A stretch of 64,000 bases of DNA from an uncultured bacterium (GTDB lineage: Bacteria > Oederibacteriota > PGYV01 > CAWJRG01): the NCBI GenBank assembly GCA_963845185.1, contig CAWJRG010000009.1:544001-608000 (forward strand), given 5' to 3'. This document shows positions 11,234-21,620 of this stretch, piece after piece. A model generated the notes under the pieces. That model saw nothing but the letters and a program-made list of their open reading frames with translations. It did not search any database and was not told the origin of the DNA. Both the position numbers and the translations under genes were made by a program. Position 1 is the stretch's first letter, and every line of letters starts with the position of its first letter.

Positions 11234-12889
11234 TTGAAGATAGTGCTTTATCTAAAGGATAAAATTACAAAGATAATTAAAGAAAAATACAGCGTTGAAA
11301 ACGCTGATTTTGACGTAACAAGGCCGCCGGAAAACCAGGCTGCTGATTATGCTGTAAACGCGGCTTTTATACTGGCGAAAACCGCAAAAAGGCCGCCGAT
11401 GGAAATAGCCGGAGAACTGGCTGCTTTGTTGAAGAATGACAACGATATCATTGCCGCTGGCACAACGAACGGATATGTAAATATTACGCTTAAAAATGAG
11501 GTTTATCTTGAAAATTTAAACGAGCTTTTAACTGAAACTGATTATTTCAGCAATAATACGGGAAAAGGCAAAAAAATAAACCTTGAATTTGTAAGCGCAA
11601 ACCCGGTGGGGCCTTTAAATATAGTCAGCGGCAGGGCCGGTGCATACGGCGATGCAATGGCCAACCTCCTTTCTTATTCGGGCTATAAAGTGCACAGGGA
11701 ATACTATTACAACGACCATGGCAGACAGGCACATCTATTTGCGGCATCCATTTTAATGAGGTATCTTGAACTTTTTGGCCTGTCCACCGAGATACCCGAA
11801 GACGGGTATAAGGGCGATTATGTAATAGATATAGCGAAAAAAATAAAAGATGAGAACGGCTCGCACCTGTTTTTTATTAAAGACAACAAAGTGCATGTTA
11901 AATTCAAGTTCTTCGTGAAATACGGCCTTGATTATGTATTAAACTGGCAGAAACAAACTCTCGAAAAATACGGTGTCAATTTTGACGAATGGTTTTCCGA
12001 AAGCCGGCTTTTTGAACAGGGTACGGTTGATGAATCAATGAAAATTATTGAATCAAAAGGTTTGCTTTATGAAAATGAGGGGGCTTTATGGTTTAGGACA
12101 ACAGATTTTGGCGATGACAAGGACAGGGTGGTGAGAAAAAGCGACGGAGGATATACTTATTTTGTGAGCGACATAGCGTATATGTACAACAAGATAAAAA
12201 GGGGCTTTGATAAAATGATAACCATACTCGGGCCGGATCATCACGGGTATATATCAAGGCTTGAGTCAATAATACAGGCACTTGGATATCCGAAAGAAAT
12301 GTTCCAGGTGATAATACTTCAGCAGGTTAACCTGATTGAATCGGGTGAAAAATTGAAGATGTCAAAAAGGGAAGGAAAGTTCGTGATGCTTGACGAACTG
12401 CTTGACTCTGCGGGAAGAGATGCTGCACGGTATTATTTTATAATGAGAAATTTCAATTCCCATCTTGATTTTGACATGCAACTGGCTAAGGAGCAGTCTG
12501 AAAAAAATCCAGTATTCTACGTACAGTACGCATATGCCAGGGTATGTAATATATTAAAACACGCGAAAGAAAAGGGATTTGAATCTGAAAAATACCAATT
12601 ACGTGAAATAGATTTTTCATATCTTGAGCCAGAGGAAAAAGAATTGATATTTCATATTGTGGATATCCCGGCGGCAATAAAAGAGGCGGCTGACAAATAT
12701 TCACCCTCTTTTTTAGTGCAACATATATACGACCTTGTGGCAAAGTTTCATTCTTTTTACAACAAGCACAGGGTTGTTTCGGAGAATATAAAAGATACTC
12801 AGAAAAGGCTTTTCATAATGCTTGCATTAAAAAGGGCTTTATACGAAAGTTTCACTATTATAGGTATTACCGCAAGGGAGAATATGTGA
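11234..12889 (+). CDS. argS: Arginine--tRNA ligase
   Basis: EFVSANPVGPL, DKDRVVRKSDG, DHHGY, KMSKREG, YVQYAYAR. Confidence 0.97.
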   Translation: MKIVLYLKDKITKIIKEKYSVENADFDVTRPPENQAADYAVNAAFILAKTAKRPPMEIAGELAALLKNDNDIIAAGTTNGYVNITLKNEVYLENLNELLTETDYFSNNTGKGKKINLEFVSANPVGPLNIVSGRAGAYGDAMANLLSYSGYKVHREYYYNDHGRQAHLFAASILMRYLELFGLSTEIPEDGYKGDYVIDIAKKIKDENGSHLFFIKDNKVHVKFKFFVKYGLDYVLNWQKQTLEKYGVNFDEWFSESRLFEQGTVDESMKIIESKGLLYENEGALWFRTTDFGDDKDRVVRKSDGGYTYFVSDIAYMYNKIKRGFDKMITILGPDHHGYISRLESIIQALGYPKEMFQVIILQQVNLIESGEKLKMSKREGKFVMLDELLDSAGRDAARYYFIMRNFNSHLDFDMQLAKEQSEKNPVFYVQYAYARVCNILKHAKEKGFESEKYQLREIDFSYLEPEEKELIFHIVDIPAAIKEAADKYSPSFLVQHIYDLVAKFHSFYNKHRVVSENIKDTQKRLFIMLALKRALYESFTIIGITARENM

Positions 12890-12953
12890 AATATTGGGAA
12901 TGATTTTAACGAAAGCCCAAAACCAAATACCCGATATATTTCAGGGAGGATAA

Positions 12954-13940
12954 ATGGAAGAAAAAGAGATTGAAAAAGATATTAAAGAGATAAAGAAACA
13001 AAATGAGTCTTTGTCCGGCGAAATAGCGAGCATAAAGCAGGAAATAGTAAATCTTAAAAAGATAAAGGATGAAATACAGGAACGATATGAAGACCTTTTG
13101 CGTAAGGAAGAATCCTTTTTGAACGACGTCAACGACCAGATAGAACGCGAAATATTTGTTGTCGTGCTCGGCACAATAAAAAAATATGTCAACAAGGAAA
13201 TGGTTGCACTTAAATTGCTGCGCAGGCGCATAAGAGCTCAGGTAAGGCACCAGGTAAAAAGAGAAACTGACAAGGAAGTAAGAAACCTGCTGCCAGGCAT
13301 AAAGAAAGAAATGCAAAAAATAGCACTCGATATATTAAATCAGCTGAAACGGCAGACGGGCAAACAACTTGAAAAAGAAGTGCAGGAGCAGGTTAAGGAA
13401 ACAGCACAGATATTGATTGAGAAAATGGAAGAAAGCGAAATAAAAGCTATAACAGACGCATTGACAGGCGTTTTTAACCGCAGGTATTTTGAGACAAGAA
13501 TAGAGCAGGAATTGAAACTTGCCAAAAGGTTTCAGAACCAGCTTTCCCTGATAATGCTTGATATAGACCATTTTAAAGATATAAATGACACTTACGGGCA
13601 CCAGACAGGGGATCTTGTGCTGCAGGAAATAGTTACGGTAGTGAAAGGAACTATAAGCAGCACGGATTTTCTTTTCAGATACGGCGGTGAGGAATTCGCT
13701 GTAATAATGCAGGAAACACCGGTGGATAAGGCGTTCGAGATTGCCGAGAACATGAGAAAAGCCGTGCAGGAACATACTTTTTACGGCGGAAATAAAGTAA
13801 TAAACGTCACAATAAGTCTCGGAGTTGCCGAATATCCAGCACACGCAATCATAAAACACGTGCTTGTAGAAAAGGCCGACGACGCTCTTTATTATGCCAA
13901 ACAAACAGGCAGGAATAACACGAAAATAGCTGTTAAATAA
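12954..13940 (+). CDS. Diguanylate cyclase with N-terminal coiled coil
   Basis: DALTGVFNRRYF, DIDHFKDINDTYGH, RYGGEEF. Confidence 0.93.
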   Translation: MEEKEIEKDIKEIKKQNESLSGEIASIKQEIVNLKKIKDEIQERYEDLLRKEESFLNDVNDQIEREIFVVVLGTIKKYVNKEMVALKLLRRRIRAQVRHQVKRETDKEVRNLLPGIKKEMQKIALDILNQLKRQTGKQLEKEVQEQVKETAQILIEKMEESEIKAITDALTGVFNRRYFETRIEQELKLAKRFQNQLSLIMLDIDHFKDINDTYGHQTGDLVLQEIVTVVKGTISSTDFLFRYGGEEFAVIMQETPVDKAFEIAENMRKAVQEHTFYGGNKVINVTISLGVAEYPAHAIIKHVLVEKADDALYYAKQTGRNNTKIAVK

Positions 13941-13960
13941 TCCTTATATTCAAGGTAAAA

Positions 13961-14743
13961 ATGGACAAAAAAAATTTTAAGTGTACGGTTGCATATAAAG
14001 GCACGGTTTACTACGGATGGCAGAAACAGAAAAATTTTCTGACAATCCAGGGGATAATAGAATATGCGCTGGGAAAAATATTTGCAAAAGAAATAAGCAC
14101 TTATGCAGCCAGCAGGACAGATGCTGGCGTGCACGCCTTTGGCCAGGTTTTTAATTTTAAAACAGAAACTTCGTTAGAGCCTGAAAATATAAAAAATATT
14201 TTAAACGACCTGCTTCCTGAAGACGTGGTGATAAAAAACATAGAAGAAGCAGATTCCAGTTTTAATCCGCGCCAAAATGTGAAAAAAAAATTCTACAGGT
14301 ATTTGATCTTCAACGCCAATTTTTTACATCCTGTTTATAAAGGCCTGTGCTGGCAAGTCATAAAACCCATAAAAATCGACGAAATTATGAAAATTCTGCC
14401 GGCCTTTTTAGGTATAAAAAACTATTTTTCTTTTTCAAAATCCGGTTCTGATGATAAACAGTTTGAACGTACGATTGATAAAATAAGGGTAAAAAGGAAA
14501 AACAAGTGGGTTTATTTTGATTTTGAGGGGCAGAGTTTTTTATACCAGATGCTGCGTAAAATCACAGCGGTTTTGGTGATGTTTGCACATGGCAAAGTGA
14601 GCAGGGAGACAATTGAAGAAATGTTCAAAAAAGAGGACAGAACAATTTCGGGGCATATAGCGCCACCTGATGGGCTGTATCTTATGAAAATAACTTACGA
14701 TAAAAATCGGCGTACAAAAATTTCGGCTGCATATGACAGGTAA
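13961..14743 (+). CDS. truA: tRNA pseudouridine(38-40) synthase
   Basis: YKGTVYYGWQ, ASRTDAGVHA, FLYQMLR, APPDGLYL. Confidence 0.96.
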   Translation: MDKKNFKCTVAYKGTVYYGWQKQKNFLTIQGIIEYALGKIFAKEISTYAASRTDAGVHAFGQVFNFKTETSLEPENIKNILNDLLPEDVVIKNIEEADSSFNPRQNVKKKFYRYLIFNANFLHPVYKGLCWQVIKPIKIDEIMKILPAFLGIKNYFSFSKSGSDDKQFERTIDKIRVKRKNKWVYFDFEGQSFLYQMLRKITAVLVMFAHGKVSRETIEEMFKKEDRTISGHIAPPDGLYLMKITYDKNRRTKISAAYDR

Positions 14744-14796
14744 TAAAGTTTTGCAAGCACCGGATTTGAAGTCTTTATTTCTTAAAAGGAGATAGT

Positions 14797-17397
14797 TTGG
14801 ACAAAACATTTTATATTATTGACGCTAATTCTTTTGCGTACAGGGCTTTTTACGCCCTTCCGCCGCTTACTACAAAAGACGGCATTGAAATACAGGCTGT
14901 TTACGGGTTTTACAACATGCTGCAGAAAATTATGAAAGAAAAAAAGCCAGATTACATAGCTTTGACTTTTGATTATCCCGGGCCCACCAAACGGCATAAG
15001 ATGTTTGCCGAATATAAAATCCAGCGTGAGAAAATGCCTGAGTCACTGCAAATCCAGATGAAAATTATAAAAGAAATAGCCGGAAAAGGCAAAATCCCTG
15101 TTTTTGAAAAAGAAGGTTATGAAGCAGACGATATAATAGCCGCTGTGGCGGATATTTCCCAAAAAACAGCAAACGTGGTTGTCCTCACGGGCGATAAGGA
15201 TATTTTGCAGATAGTAAATAAAAATATCAGCGTAATGAAAATAAAAAAAGACGGCGATATATATTTTACACCCGAGAAAATGAAGGAAGAATACGGAATT
15301 GAACCGGCAAATATAGTCGATGTGCTTGCTTTAATGGGTGACTCATCTGACAATATACCCGGGGTAAAGGGCATAGGTGAAAAAACAGCTTATACGCTTG
15401 TCCGTGAATTTAAAACCGTCGAAAATCTTATTGAAAATTCTAGCAAAATCAAGCGGGAAAAAATTAAACAACTTGTAGAGGCCAATGTCGAATCTATAAA
15501 ATTAAGCAAAAAACTTGCTGAATTAAAGCCCGATAAAGAACTGATAGATTTAATAAATTTTGATATAAACGAATGCGCATCAGAAAAGATAAATAACGAA
15601 GGCTTGAGTGCGGAATTTCTGAATTATAATTTTAAAACACTTGTTGGCAACAAAAGCCCTGTAGACGCTGAAATCAAAATGAATAAGGAAGTTAGCAAAA
15701 TAAATGATTTTGAGGAAATAACCGGTTATATTAAAAAAGCCGAAGAAATTACAATATTCTTTTCGGGGGTGGAGGATGATATTGAAATTATATCTGCCGG
15801 GGTAAATGATAAATTTTATTATTTTATAAATGATTTTAAAGCCTTACCTGAAGAAATAAATAAAAAAAATATAATAACGAACTCGGTAAAGCATATTTTC
15901 CGGCATTTAAAAACTACAATGAATAAACCGGTGTATGACCTTACGATTATGAGTTATCTGCTTGACCCGGATAAAACGTACAGGGATTTGTCATATGTGT
16001 TGACGGCGTATTTGGGCAGGACATTTCTTTCTTTTGAGGATGTTGCGGGCAAAGGCGTAAAGAAAATAACGCTGCAGGATGTGGACGAAAAATTGCTTAA
16101 AAAATATGTCTTTTTACTGCTTGATTCGGCAGGTGAAGCAAAAAACAAACTTTATAATGAAATAGAAAGCAATAATTTAAAGAAGGTTTATGAAAATATA
16201 GAAATCCCGCTTTCGAGGGTGCTGGCCGATATGGAAAAAAACGGTATAAAGATAGATACGGCATACCTTGATGAACTCATAACAAAAACGGGCAATTCCA
16301 TAAAAGAACTTGAAAAAGGTATTTATGAAGACGCGGGCACTGAATTCAATATAAACTCGCCAAGGCAAATCGGCGAAATACTTTTTGAAAAGTTAAATTT
16401 ACCAAAAGGGAAAAAGATAAAAACAGGATATTCGACGGACGTGGATGTCCTGGAATCGCTTTCCGGGATACATCCGGTAGTGGAAAAAATCCTGCGGTAC
16501 AGGTCTTTGAATAAATTTAAAAACAGCTATCTAGACGTGATAAAGGGATATGTTGATAAGGACAATAAAACTTATCCGGTATATAACCAGACCACTGCAG
16601 CTACCGGCAGGCTATCAACATCAAGGCCTAACATACAAAGTACGCCTGTTCGCGGGATTGAGGGCAGGGAAATAAGAAAGATTTTTATACCGCTTGAGGA
16701 TAAGCAGATTGTTATAAGCGCGGATTATTCGCAGATTGAGTTGAGAATCCTTGCACACTTTTCAAAGGATAAAAAACTAAAGCAGGCCTTTGTGGAAAAT
16801 ATAGATATACATACGCTTACGGCTTCGGAAATATTTGAAGTCCTGCCAGGGTTTGTAACAAAAGACCAGCGCAGGGCAGCTAAAACTATTAATTTCGGTA
16901 TAATATACGGCATGAGCCCTTTTGGACTTTCAAAAGAACTGAGAATTTCAAACCGAGATGCGCAGAGGTACATAGAAAAATTCATTTTAACTTTTCCGGG
17001 TGTAAAAACATACCAGAATGATATAATAGATGCGGCCAGAAAAAACGGTTTTGTGGAAACTCTGACCGGAAGGCGAAGATACATGGCAAATATTAACAGC
17101 GCAAACAGGACAATAAGGGAATTCGCGGAACGGGCAGCCATAAATGCGCCCATACAAGGGACTGCCGCGGATATAATTAAAATAGCGATGATAAACATAT
17201 TTGACAAATTTTCAAAGTTTAAGTTAAAAACAAAGATGATTCTACAAATTCACGATGAGCTTGTTTTCAGCACTGTGCCCGAGGAGAAGGAAAAAGTCAA
17301 AGAAATAGTTAAGGAATCCATGGAGACCGCGTTGAAAATTGATGTGCCGCTTGTTATTTCAATGGGGGAAGGAAAAAACTGGTATGAGTGCGGGTAG
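14797..17397 (+). CDS. polA: DNA polymerase I
   Basis: 5' nuclease domain (EADDII, GDSSDNIPGV), ADYSQIELRILAH, AKTINFGIIYG, QIHDEL; 3'-5' exonuclease region looks degenerate. Confidence 0.98.
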   Translation: MDKTFYIIDANSFAYRAFYALPPLTTKDGIEIQAVYGFYNMLQKIMKEKKPDYIALTFDYPGPTKRHKMFAEYKIQREKMPESLQIQMKIIKEIAGKGKIPVFEKEGYEADDIIAAVADISQKTANVVVLTGDKDILQIVNKNISVMKIKKDGDIYFTPEKMKEEYGIEPANIVDVLALMGDSSDNIPGVKGIGEKTAYTLVREFKTVENLIENSSKIKREKIKQLVEANVESIKLSKKLAELKPDKELIDLINFDINECASEKINNEGLSAEFLNYNFKTLVGNKSPVDAEIKMNKEVSKINDFEEITGYIKKAEEITIFFSGVEDDIEIISAGVNDKFYYFINDFKALPEEINKKNIITNSVKHIFRHLKTTMNKPVYDLTIMSYLLDPDKTYRDLSYVLTAYLGRTFLSFEDVAGKGVKKITLQDVDEKLLKKYVFLLLDSAGEAKNKLYNEIESNNLKKVYENIEIPLSRVLADMEKNGIKIDTAYLDELITKTGNSIKELEKGIYEDAGTEFNINSPRQIGEILFEKLNLPKGKKIKTGYSTDVDVLESLSGIHPVVEKILRYRSLNKFKNSYLDVIKGYVDKDNKTYPVYNQTTAATGRLSTSRPNIQSTPVRGIEGREIRKIFIPLEDKQIVISADYSQIELRILAHFSKDKKLKQAFVENIDIHTLTASEIFEVLPGFVTKDQRRAAKTINFGIIYGMSPFGLSKELRISNRDAQRYIEKFILTFPGVKTYQNDIIDAARKNGFVETLTGRRRYMANINSANRTIREFAERAAINAPIQGTAADIIKIAMINIFDKFSKFKLKTKMILQIHDELVFSTVPEEKEKVKEIVKESMETALKIDVPLVISMGEGKNWYECG

Positions 17398-17989
17398 GCA
17401 AAAAGTAATCATAGGGGTTACGGGAACAATAAGGTCCGGGAAAACCGAAGCATGCAGGCATCTTGAAAAAGCCGGCTATTATGTTATAGATGTGGATGAA
17501 TTTGCCCATAAATTATATAAAAAAGGCAACAGGCTGTGGAATATATTAAAAAATGAATACGGAAGTGTGATACTAAGTAAAACCGGGGAAATTGACAGAG
17601 AAACACTTGCAGAAATTGTATTTGAAACCAAAAAAAAATACCGAACGTTTGCCTCGCTTATATTTCCTTTTTTGAACGATATGCTTTTAAGGTATATCAA
17701 AAAACTCAAAAAAAGAGTTATTGTACTTGATATGGCTGTGCTTTTTGAGTCGGGATTTTACAAATATGCTGATTTTATATTAATAATCCGGGTCAATAAC
17801 AGTATATGGATAAAAAGAATGAAAAAGAGACAAAACATAGAAAAGGCCAAAAAAATCATGGGTTTTCAGAATATATTTTCGATATCAAAAAAGATTGCAT
17901 TAAGCGATATTGTCATATATAATGATAAAAGTAATAGAGAACTCGGTAAAAACATAAAAAGGGCCGTAGAAAATTTACTCAGGAGATAA
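17384..17989 (+). CDS. coaE: Dephospho-CoA kinase
   Basis: IGVTGTIRSGKT P-loop, GEIDRETLA, DMAVLFE; ATG 17384 overlaps the polA end (canonical polA-coaE). Confidence 0.9.
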   Translation: MSAGRQKVIIGVTGTIRSGKTEACRHLEKAGYYVIDVDEFAHKLYKKGNRLWNILKNEYGSVILSKTGEIDRETLAEIVFETKKKYRTFASLIFPFLNDMLLRYIKKLKKRVIVLDMAVLFESGFYKYADFILIIRVNNSIWIKRMKKRQNIEKAKKIMGFQNIFSISKKIALSDIVIYNDKSNRELGKNIKRAVENLLRR

Positions 17990-17995
17990 TTAGTA

Positions 17996-18862
17996 ATGAA
18001 TCTCAAGGAAAAAGAAGAGCAAATAAAGAAAATAGTGGACAGAATGAAGGCTTTGCCTACACTTTCTATAGTTGTTGCTAATGCAATTCAAGTTGTTTCT
18101 AATCCTTTGACCTCTGCTTCCGATTTAAGCAGGATAATATCGGTTGACCAAGCCTTGACGGCTAAAGTTTTAAGGCTTGCAAATTCAGCATTTTATGGGT
18201 TTCCTTTTAGAATTAAAAATATAACCCAAGCCATAGCTATCCTGGGGTTTGATACCATCAGAAACTTGGTACTTACGGTGTCAGTATATAAAATATTCAC
18301 GAAAGATATTAATATAGAGTTTTCACACCAGGAATTTTGGAAACACTGCGTGGGCGTGGCAATATGCGCAAAATTACTGGCAAAAAGAATAAAATATAAG
18401 TCAATTGAAGGTGCATTTACCGCAGGGCTTTTGCATGATATAGGAAAAAATTTCTTTGAAGAGTATATGACAAATGAATTTCAGCAGGTTTTAAAATATG
18501 TAAAGGAACACAATACAAGCATTTATAACGCTGAAAAGGAAGTGATAGGGGTTGACCATGCGACTGTTGGGAAATGGATGGCTGAAAAGTGGAACCTGCC
18601 CCAGGAACTTGTCGCGGGGATAGGATATCATCACAATCCTAATGAAGAAAAAGAAGAATATGTAATAGCAACAATAATAAATGCAGCAAATATATTATGC
18701 AAACAAAAAGGGATAGGTTTCTCGGGGGATAATTCGATAATGCCTTTGAACAGAGAGAATAGAAACCTCCTTAACCTTGATGAAAATAATGAAAAGGCAC
18801 TTATTGAATCGCTTGATGGCGAGCTTAAAGAGGCTGAGGCATTTTTATCAATACCACAGTAG
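17996..18862 (+). CDS. HDOD domain protein
   Basis: LPTL, DQALTAKVLRLANSAFYG, FWKH, GLLHDIGK, HATVGKWMAEKWNLP. Confidence 0.93.
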   Translation: MNLKEKEEQIKKIVDRMKALPTLSIVVANAIQVVSNPLTSASDLSRIISVDQALTAKVLRLANSAFYGFPFRIKNITQAIAILGFDTIRNLVLTVSVYKIFTKDINIEFSHQEFWKHCVGVAICAKLLAKRIKYKSIEGAFTAGLLHDIGKNFFEEYMTNEFQQVLKYVKEHNTSIYNAEKEVIGVDHATVGKWMAEKWNLPQELVAGIGYHHNPNEEKEEYVIATIINAANILCKQKGIGFSGDNSIMPLNRENRNLLNLDENNEKALIESLDGELKEAEAFLSIPQ

Positions 18863-19036
18863 TGATGTCATAAATGGCAGCTGAAAGTCATAAAATATAT
18901 ACTATGGGGATTTGTGGAGCCAGAGGTTATAGGTTAAAAATAAAAGATTAAAATTCCAAGCTTAAAACCAAAAGCAGAAACAACTGTATTTGCTAAGAAA
19001 TTTTCACAGAACAATGACGCAGGAGGTCGCAATATT

Positions 19037-20170
19037 ATGCCTGACAGTGAAGGAACCAGCGAACTAAAAGATTATATAAAAAATTTAGAGGTCATAAATG
19101 AAGGGTTAAGGCAATCGTTTGAGGATTTGACTACCCTTTACCGTCTTGTTGACATCATTACAGAAGCCAAAACACTTGAACGAGTTTTAAATTCCTTGAT
19201 GGATCTTACAGCTGAAATAATATCCTATGTCGGTGCCGAGCTTTTTTTAATAGACGAAAAAACAGGCGAGCTTGATGTGGGAATAAAAAGGAATATAAGC
19301 AAAAGTATTGAAGCAAAAATAAACCTTCAAAATAAAAGAAAAGTAATTGACTGGGCTTTAAAAGAGGGCAGAACAATAGCCATGCCGGATATTGAGGAAG
19401 AAATACCGGAGTCTCAGAAAATGACCATTGTGTTGGTGCCTTTAATTGCCCACGACAAGTCAATAGGCATACTTGATATCATTACCGATACAGGAGAAGG
19501 TAATATCACCAGCAGGGATTTATCACTGCTGACAGTACTTGCCAAACAGGCAGCTCTTGCAATTGAAAATGTCAAGCTTTATGAGAGTATGAAGAAGGAT
19601 CAGATCAGCATAATAAGGGCGCTTGCATCGACAGTTGACGCAAAGGATCATTACACACTCGGCCATTCACAAAAAGTTTCCGAGTTATCTGTATCAATAG
19701 CCGAAGAACTCGGGCTGCCGGAAAGGGAAATTGAAATAATTCAATATGCAGGGCTTTTACATGACGTAGGAAAAATAGCGATACCTGATGAAGTGATAAA
19801 AAAACCGACAAAGCTTACAGCAGAGGAATTTGAGATTGTAAAGAATCATCCTGCTGTCGGCGCAAAAATTATAAAAGAAATAGAGGCTCTTTCGCCAATG
19901 GTGCCTATAGTGCTTCACCATCATGAGCGCTTTGACGGGAAAGGATATCCCAACGGGTTAAAGGGGGAAGAAATACCTATCGGAGCTCGCATAGTTCTTG
20001 TCGCTGATGCATTTGATACAATGGTATCAGCAAGAGCATACAGGGATATGATGCCGAATGAGCTGGCAATTTCCGAACTGCGTAAAAACGCAGGGACCCA
20101 ATTTGATCCAAATGTGGTGGACGCTTTAATCATACGTTTGAGGAAAAAAGCGGTGGATAATGAGCGATAG
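19037..20170 (+). CDS. GAF + HD-GYP cyclic-dinucleotide phosphodiesterase
   Basis: GAF (VPLIAHDKSIG...QAALAIEN), DAKDHYTLGHS, LLHDVGK, HHERFDGKGYP. Confidence 0.95.
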   Translation: MPDSEGTSELKDYIKNLEVINEGLRQSFEDLTTLYRLVDIITEAKTLERVLNSLMDLTAEIISYVGAELFLIDEKTGELDVGIKRNISKSIEAKINLQNKRKVIDWALKEGRTIAMPDIEEEIPESQKMTIVLVPLIAHDKSIGILDIITDTGEGNITSRDLSLLTVLAKQAALAIENVKLYESMKKDQISIIRALASTVDAKDHYTLGHSQKVSELSVSIAEELGLPEREIEIIQYAGLLHDVGKIAIPDEVIKKPTKLTAEEFEIVKNHPAVGAKIIKEIEALSPMVPIVLHHHERFDGKGYPNGLKGEEIPIGARIVLVADAFDTMVSARAYRDMMPNELAISELRKNAGTQFDPNVVDALIIRLRKKAVDNER

Positions 20171-21620
20171 TTTTTCATTCGAAAAATTATTCTATAAAGA
20201 AAACGACAGCATCCCTTTTATAGTAGCCAACATTATTTTAATAGCATTTATAACCGTGGTTTTATTTATAATTGCATTGGACCCAAGAAAAGCACTTATA
20301 ATGATTCTGGGATATTTTTTAATTGTCTATGCTTTCTATACTATGGGAAAAGGTATATGCGTTATATACGGAATAATTTACAATTTTTTTATACTTGCCC
20401 TAATGCTTACCGCCCATAAAAACGCAAGTGCTCTATGGGGATATTTTTTTATTATGGTTTCAAGCATAGGTCTTATTTTTCAGGTTATAAGTTATATTAA
20501 TGAAATAGAAGAAGAAAAGAGTTTAATTGAGATAAAAGAAACTGAATTTTTAAAGGAAATGAACGACACCAAAAAAAATATTGAAAAAAATAGAAATATG
20601 ATGGAAGGAAACGAAACAAGGATAGAAAACTATAACCTATTGAATAAAATAGCCCAGAAGCTTTCCAGCACGCTTCGCAGGACAGATATTGTGAAAATAA
20701 TTTCTACTGAAATGTCGCGGATAGCTGGAAATAAAAAAATCAATTTTCAAGTCATTATCTGGGATGAGGATGCGCAGGCATATTTTCCGGTAGAAACGGA
20801 TAATATTGAATACGGCACAATGAAAATTTATAAGAAAGACGCTTTTGATGAGTGGATATTTACTAATAAATTTACTCTGCTGATCAAGAATATCGACGAA
20901 GATTTCAGGTTTAAAATGCTTGAAAAGGAAGATTTGAAATTTAAATCCATGGTAGCTGTTCCGCTTGTGGAAGAAAAAAAAATTATTGGAATTTTAAAGT
21001 TTATGGCGGAGGAAGCCAATGTATTCGACACAGAAGACGCCAGACTTTTTAATTATCTTGGCGATGTGTGCACAACAGCTGTTGAAAACGCTATTCTTTA
21101 TAAAAAAACCGAGGATCTTGCAATAAAAGACGGACTCACAGGGCTATTTATACGAAGATATTTTATTGAAAAACTTGAAGAAGAAGTAAGAAGGGCAAGA
21201 CAAAGCGGAAGTACTTTTTCCTTTTTAATGATTGACCTCGACCATTTCAAGGAATGCAATGATACTTACGGGCATCTTGCGGGCGACAGCGTATTAAAAG
21301 ATCTGGGAACATATTTAGGAAGCTTTGTAAGAGATGTGGATATAATAGGCAGGTATGGAGGAGAGGAATTCGCCATTATACTTCCCGATACTTCCTTGAA
21401 TGGCGCAAGGTTTGTAGCGGAAAGAATCAGGGCCGATTTTGAAAAGCACCAACTAAAAATATCCGACGAGAAAACTATAAAACTTACATTGAGCATTGGC
21501 GGTGTTGAATTCAAAAAGGACCATAAACTTATGGAAATAGTAAACATGGCCGACAAAGCGCTATATTACTCAAAAGGAAACGGCAGAAATATGGTAACTT
21601 TCTGGGAGGACATAAATTGA
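20160..21620 (+). CDS. Membrane-anchored GAF-GGDEF diguanylate cyclase
   Basis: About 4 N-terminal TM helices, GAF, RDVD I-site and RYGGEEF. Confidence 0.92.
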   Translation: MSDSFSFEKLFYKENDSIPFIVANIILIAFITVVLFIIALDPRKALIMILGYFLIVYAFYTMGKGICVIYGIIYNFFILALMLTAHKNASALWGYFFIMVSSIGLIFQVISYINEIEEEKSLIEIKETEFLKEMNDTKKNIEKNRNMMEGNETRIENYNLLNKIAQKLSSTLRRTDIVKIISTEMSRIAGNKKINFQVIIWDEDAQAYFPVETDNIEYGTMKIYKKDAFDEWIFTNKFTLLIKNIDEDFRFKMLEKEDLKFKSMVAVPLVEEKKIIGILKFMAEEANVFDTEDARLFNYLGDVCTTAVENAILYKKTEDLAIKDGLTGLFIRRYFIEKLEEEVRRARQSGSTFSFLMIDLDHFKECNDTYGHLAGDSVLKDLGTYLGSFVRDVDIIGRYGGEEFAIILPDTSLNGARFVAERIRADFEKHQLKISDEKTIKLTLSIGGVEFKKDHKLMEIVNMADKALYYSKGNGRNMVTFWEDIN

